Source: Pecten maximus
Taxonomy: Eukaryota
Direction of reading: 5' to 3'
Length of the DNA: 64,000 nucleotides
Assembly: GCF_902652985.1 (NCBI RefSeq)
Contig: NC_047017.1
Location: forward strand, 33,790,001 to 33,854,000
Shown piece after piece: positions 61,551 to 64,000 of the stretch. Within the stretch, counting starts at the first letter, position 1. Every line of letters begins with the position of its first letter. Both the position numbers and the translations under genes were made by a program. The notes beneath the pieces are model-generated. The model saw only the letters and a program-made list of their open reading frames with translations. It was not told the origin of the DNA and did not search any database.

Positions 61551-62519
61551 ATACCACGCGATGTTTGTTAGACCATTTTTTGGTACACTTTTTAAATTAA
61601 AACTAAGAATGTGTGCTTTTGCGATTGGGATATTGAATTACCCTAAGAGTCATATTCTAAAGCTAGAATACAAGGTCATTCAATATTTTTTGAAATGGGA
61701 GCTGTTCTTGTCTAAAGCGGTATTACTTCAATATTGGAAGAGAAAGTCAATATGGCGGTTAACATAAAAAATATATCCTTTGCTTGTTGATATCAACCCA
61801 AATTCCACACCATAGACGGGTCGTAACAATATCTCAGTAAGGAAGGTCTGTTTCATAAATTTGACGGCACCACAAGCTTGGACTCCCTGTATTTGCCCTT
61901 AATAATAAGCTACCCATTGCATTAGCAACCGGGCTCTCGTTCCACAGGATAGGCATTTTGTCTGGCCTACTCTACATACTTATTTATCGAATTCGTTGTG
62001 TCATTACTTGCTCGATACTTTTCCAATTTCACTGTGTGAACACTCGCTGGAAAGATTTAACATTTCTCCTTACGATGATATCTATTAAAAAAGTGTGGGA
62101 TTCACGACCCGTAATGTATGGAAAACACTATTTTAAAATCCTTGTCCGGTTTCTTCTACCGGGGAGTTTCTACCCTTGATACTATAATACATATACTAAG
62201 TAATATGAGCCGTGGGTCGAGGATTTATGTCAAGTTTCTGTGTCTTCGGGGTCGACAATCTAATTAAAATCTAGATGCTCATTCTCACTACGAACATCTA
62301 ACGACATCGCATAAGGGGACGCGTGGAACACATTTAAAATGTACCGCATTACTCATTGGGGTACATACTTGAGCTATTTTAAATTCAAAAGTGTACCGGA
62401 CGGTTTTGGCTATGGTAATGAAGCAAAACTACTAAAAGAGTATTTTTAAATGTAGAATGCGTGATAATTTTTAACAACATATCGTATACAGTTGATCAAC
62501 TTGTCATCGAAGTGTTCTT

Positions 62520-62650
62520 TGTACAAATATATTTGTGGAAATTTTGTCTGAAACAGTATTTAACAAAACTTATTGAATTACAAATTATAAAAGAAATCAC
62601 AAAATTTAGATTATCATCGGATAAGCTGAATATAGAAACTGGGAGATATG
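62520..62650 (+). mobile_element. LINE ORF2 C-terminal fragment
   Basis: ITKFRLSSDKLNIETGRY resembles the post-RT motif of RTEX/CR1-like non-LTR elements. Confidence 0.55.
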
Positions 62651-62806
62651 TGTCCCGTTGCTGTTCTTGATCGTTCGATACGGTACACTTTTAACAGCAA
62701 AGAAGTTAAATGTTTAACAAACTTAAGGCAAGAACTACATAATGTATCATCGTTATGTTGTCATTTTTTTTTTTCATTTGTTGGTGATTATTAAATTAAT
62801 TAAGAA

Positions 62807-63477
62807 ATAATTGACGATGATTCGTGTATTGTTGCAGGATATACAACGAGGACGAGGATATTTTGCAATTAAATTAAAAACGTTGGCCGCAGGCCTGAGT
62901 TATTAATTAAAATTGCAAAATATCCGAGTCCGAGTTGTATATCCTGCAACAATACACGAGTCAAAGTTGATTATTTCTATTCTACCATGTACTGTTTAGT
63001 TATGAGATCTACCTCTTCCCAATAGAAAAACGACAAAGAAACCCCGGGAAATGTGCCGCTACATGGCTATTACAATTCACAAGAAACGATAAGGCGCGCG
63101 TGCTAATCAATATCCAAAAGCTGACGTCAATCCCAAGTTACGAGAACTTTCGGGTATGTCGGCCAGCAATTCATGTAGAAATGCTCTCCAAAGGTTGCAT
63201 GTGGAAATTGACCTTACAACATATTGTTTAGCAAAGTCTGCTCTGGGTTGATAGAAAAAATTCTCCGTTGTAAAATACACGGTCTCCGACGTTCAAACGT
63301 TTTGGCGCCGCCATGTTTTTTTTTTTTTTTTACAAATGCACGATTTTGGAGGGGAAAGATTGTAACAGCCGTGACTCACGAGCGTGTATTATTGACACGA
63401 GAGTGGATTACTGGCAAATCAAACACGGTTTTAAACCGATCAAAACTGGCATTGCATAGCAAATGTGGTAGAATAGA
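62807..63477 (+). mobile_element. Non-autonomous hairpin-ended (Crypton-like) element
   Basis: ~165-bp hairpin at 62807-62973; IR tctattctacca (about 62975-62986) / tggtagaataga (63466-63477). Confidence 0.65.
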
Positions 63478-63660
63478 TAGTTTTGACCGTGGTTACAAAT
63501 TAATGCATTTTCGTGACATGCTGTATATTAACTGTTGGCGCTGTAATAGCACATTTAAATCATGTTGAAAGTGCAAAGTGCATTTCACTCAGGCACATAT
63601 TTTATATTGTGTGCGACAAGCTGTCAATATGAAGCAAACACTGATATATGATAGAGGTAC

Positions 63661-64000
63661 ATGATGGAATTGCTAAAACGTAATAACCCCAAAGAATTTT
63701 ACAGAACGTTTGCTAAGCGACGGGTTGGTGTCAATAGTGATCTAGTATTAGATGATTTTTATCAATATTTCAAGGGTCTCGCTGGACAGCCTACTCGTAT
63801 GGAGTCCGACACTGATAGCGGCTTCGATGATAACGATAATGTTTTTCCTGAACTAGATCTGGATTTTAAATTAGTGGAAGTAGTCGACGCAATTAAAGGT
63901 CTATCCAGAAATAAGTCGGCTGGTATGGATATGATTCTTAATGAATATTAATTGAATATAAGGACTATTTTGCTCCAGCTTTATTAAAATTATTCAATAC
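63661..64000 (+). mobile_element. LINE ORF2 fragment (region upstream of RT), degenerate, runs off the window
   Basis: NNPKEFY...ELDLDFKLVEVVDAIKGLSRNKSAGMDMILNEY*...LLKLFN is the typical pre-RT KS.G.D.I..E motif. Confidence 0.75.

Overview
Eukaryotic (animal) genomic DNA. Its repeat families resemble those of bivalve molluscs, which is an inference. The one intact host gene is a + strand UDP-glucose pyrophosphorylase (UGP2/UGPase). I resolved 13 GT-AG coding exons from 31893 to 53788 (1506 nt, 501 aa plus stop, phases consistent). The ATG-bearing first exon lies upstream, with the best candidate at 12692-12706 (MLKAP). About 45% of the window is unrelated minisatellite arrays (units 20-73 bp), which explain nearly all long ORFs in the track. 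Mobile elements include Helentron-associated-type (HINE) elements, three CAGGG-ended MITEs with 5-bp TSDs, a decayed mariner, LINE fragments and a tRNA-containing mini-LTR element. Two observations stand out. (1) Three Crypton-like elements, one with a tyrosine-recombinase remnant, carry a terminal hairpin with symmetric CGAG/CGAG tandem G-A mismatches, GNA loops in two of them, and a split inverted repeat. This suggests a strand-specific folded ssDNA recombination substrate. (2) A 27-bp minisatellite amplified from a UGP2 exon/intron junction creates four extra in-frame splice donors.
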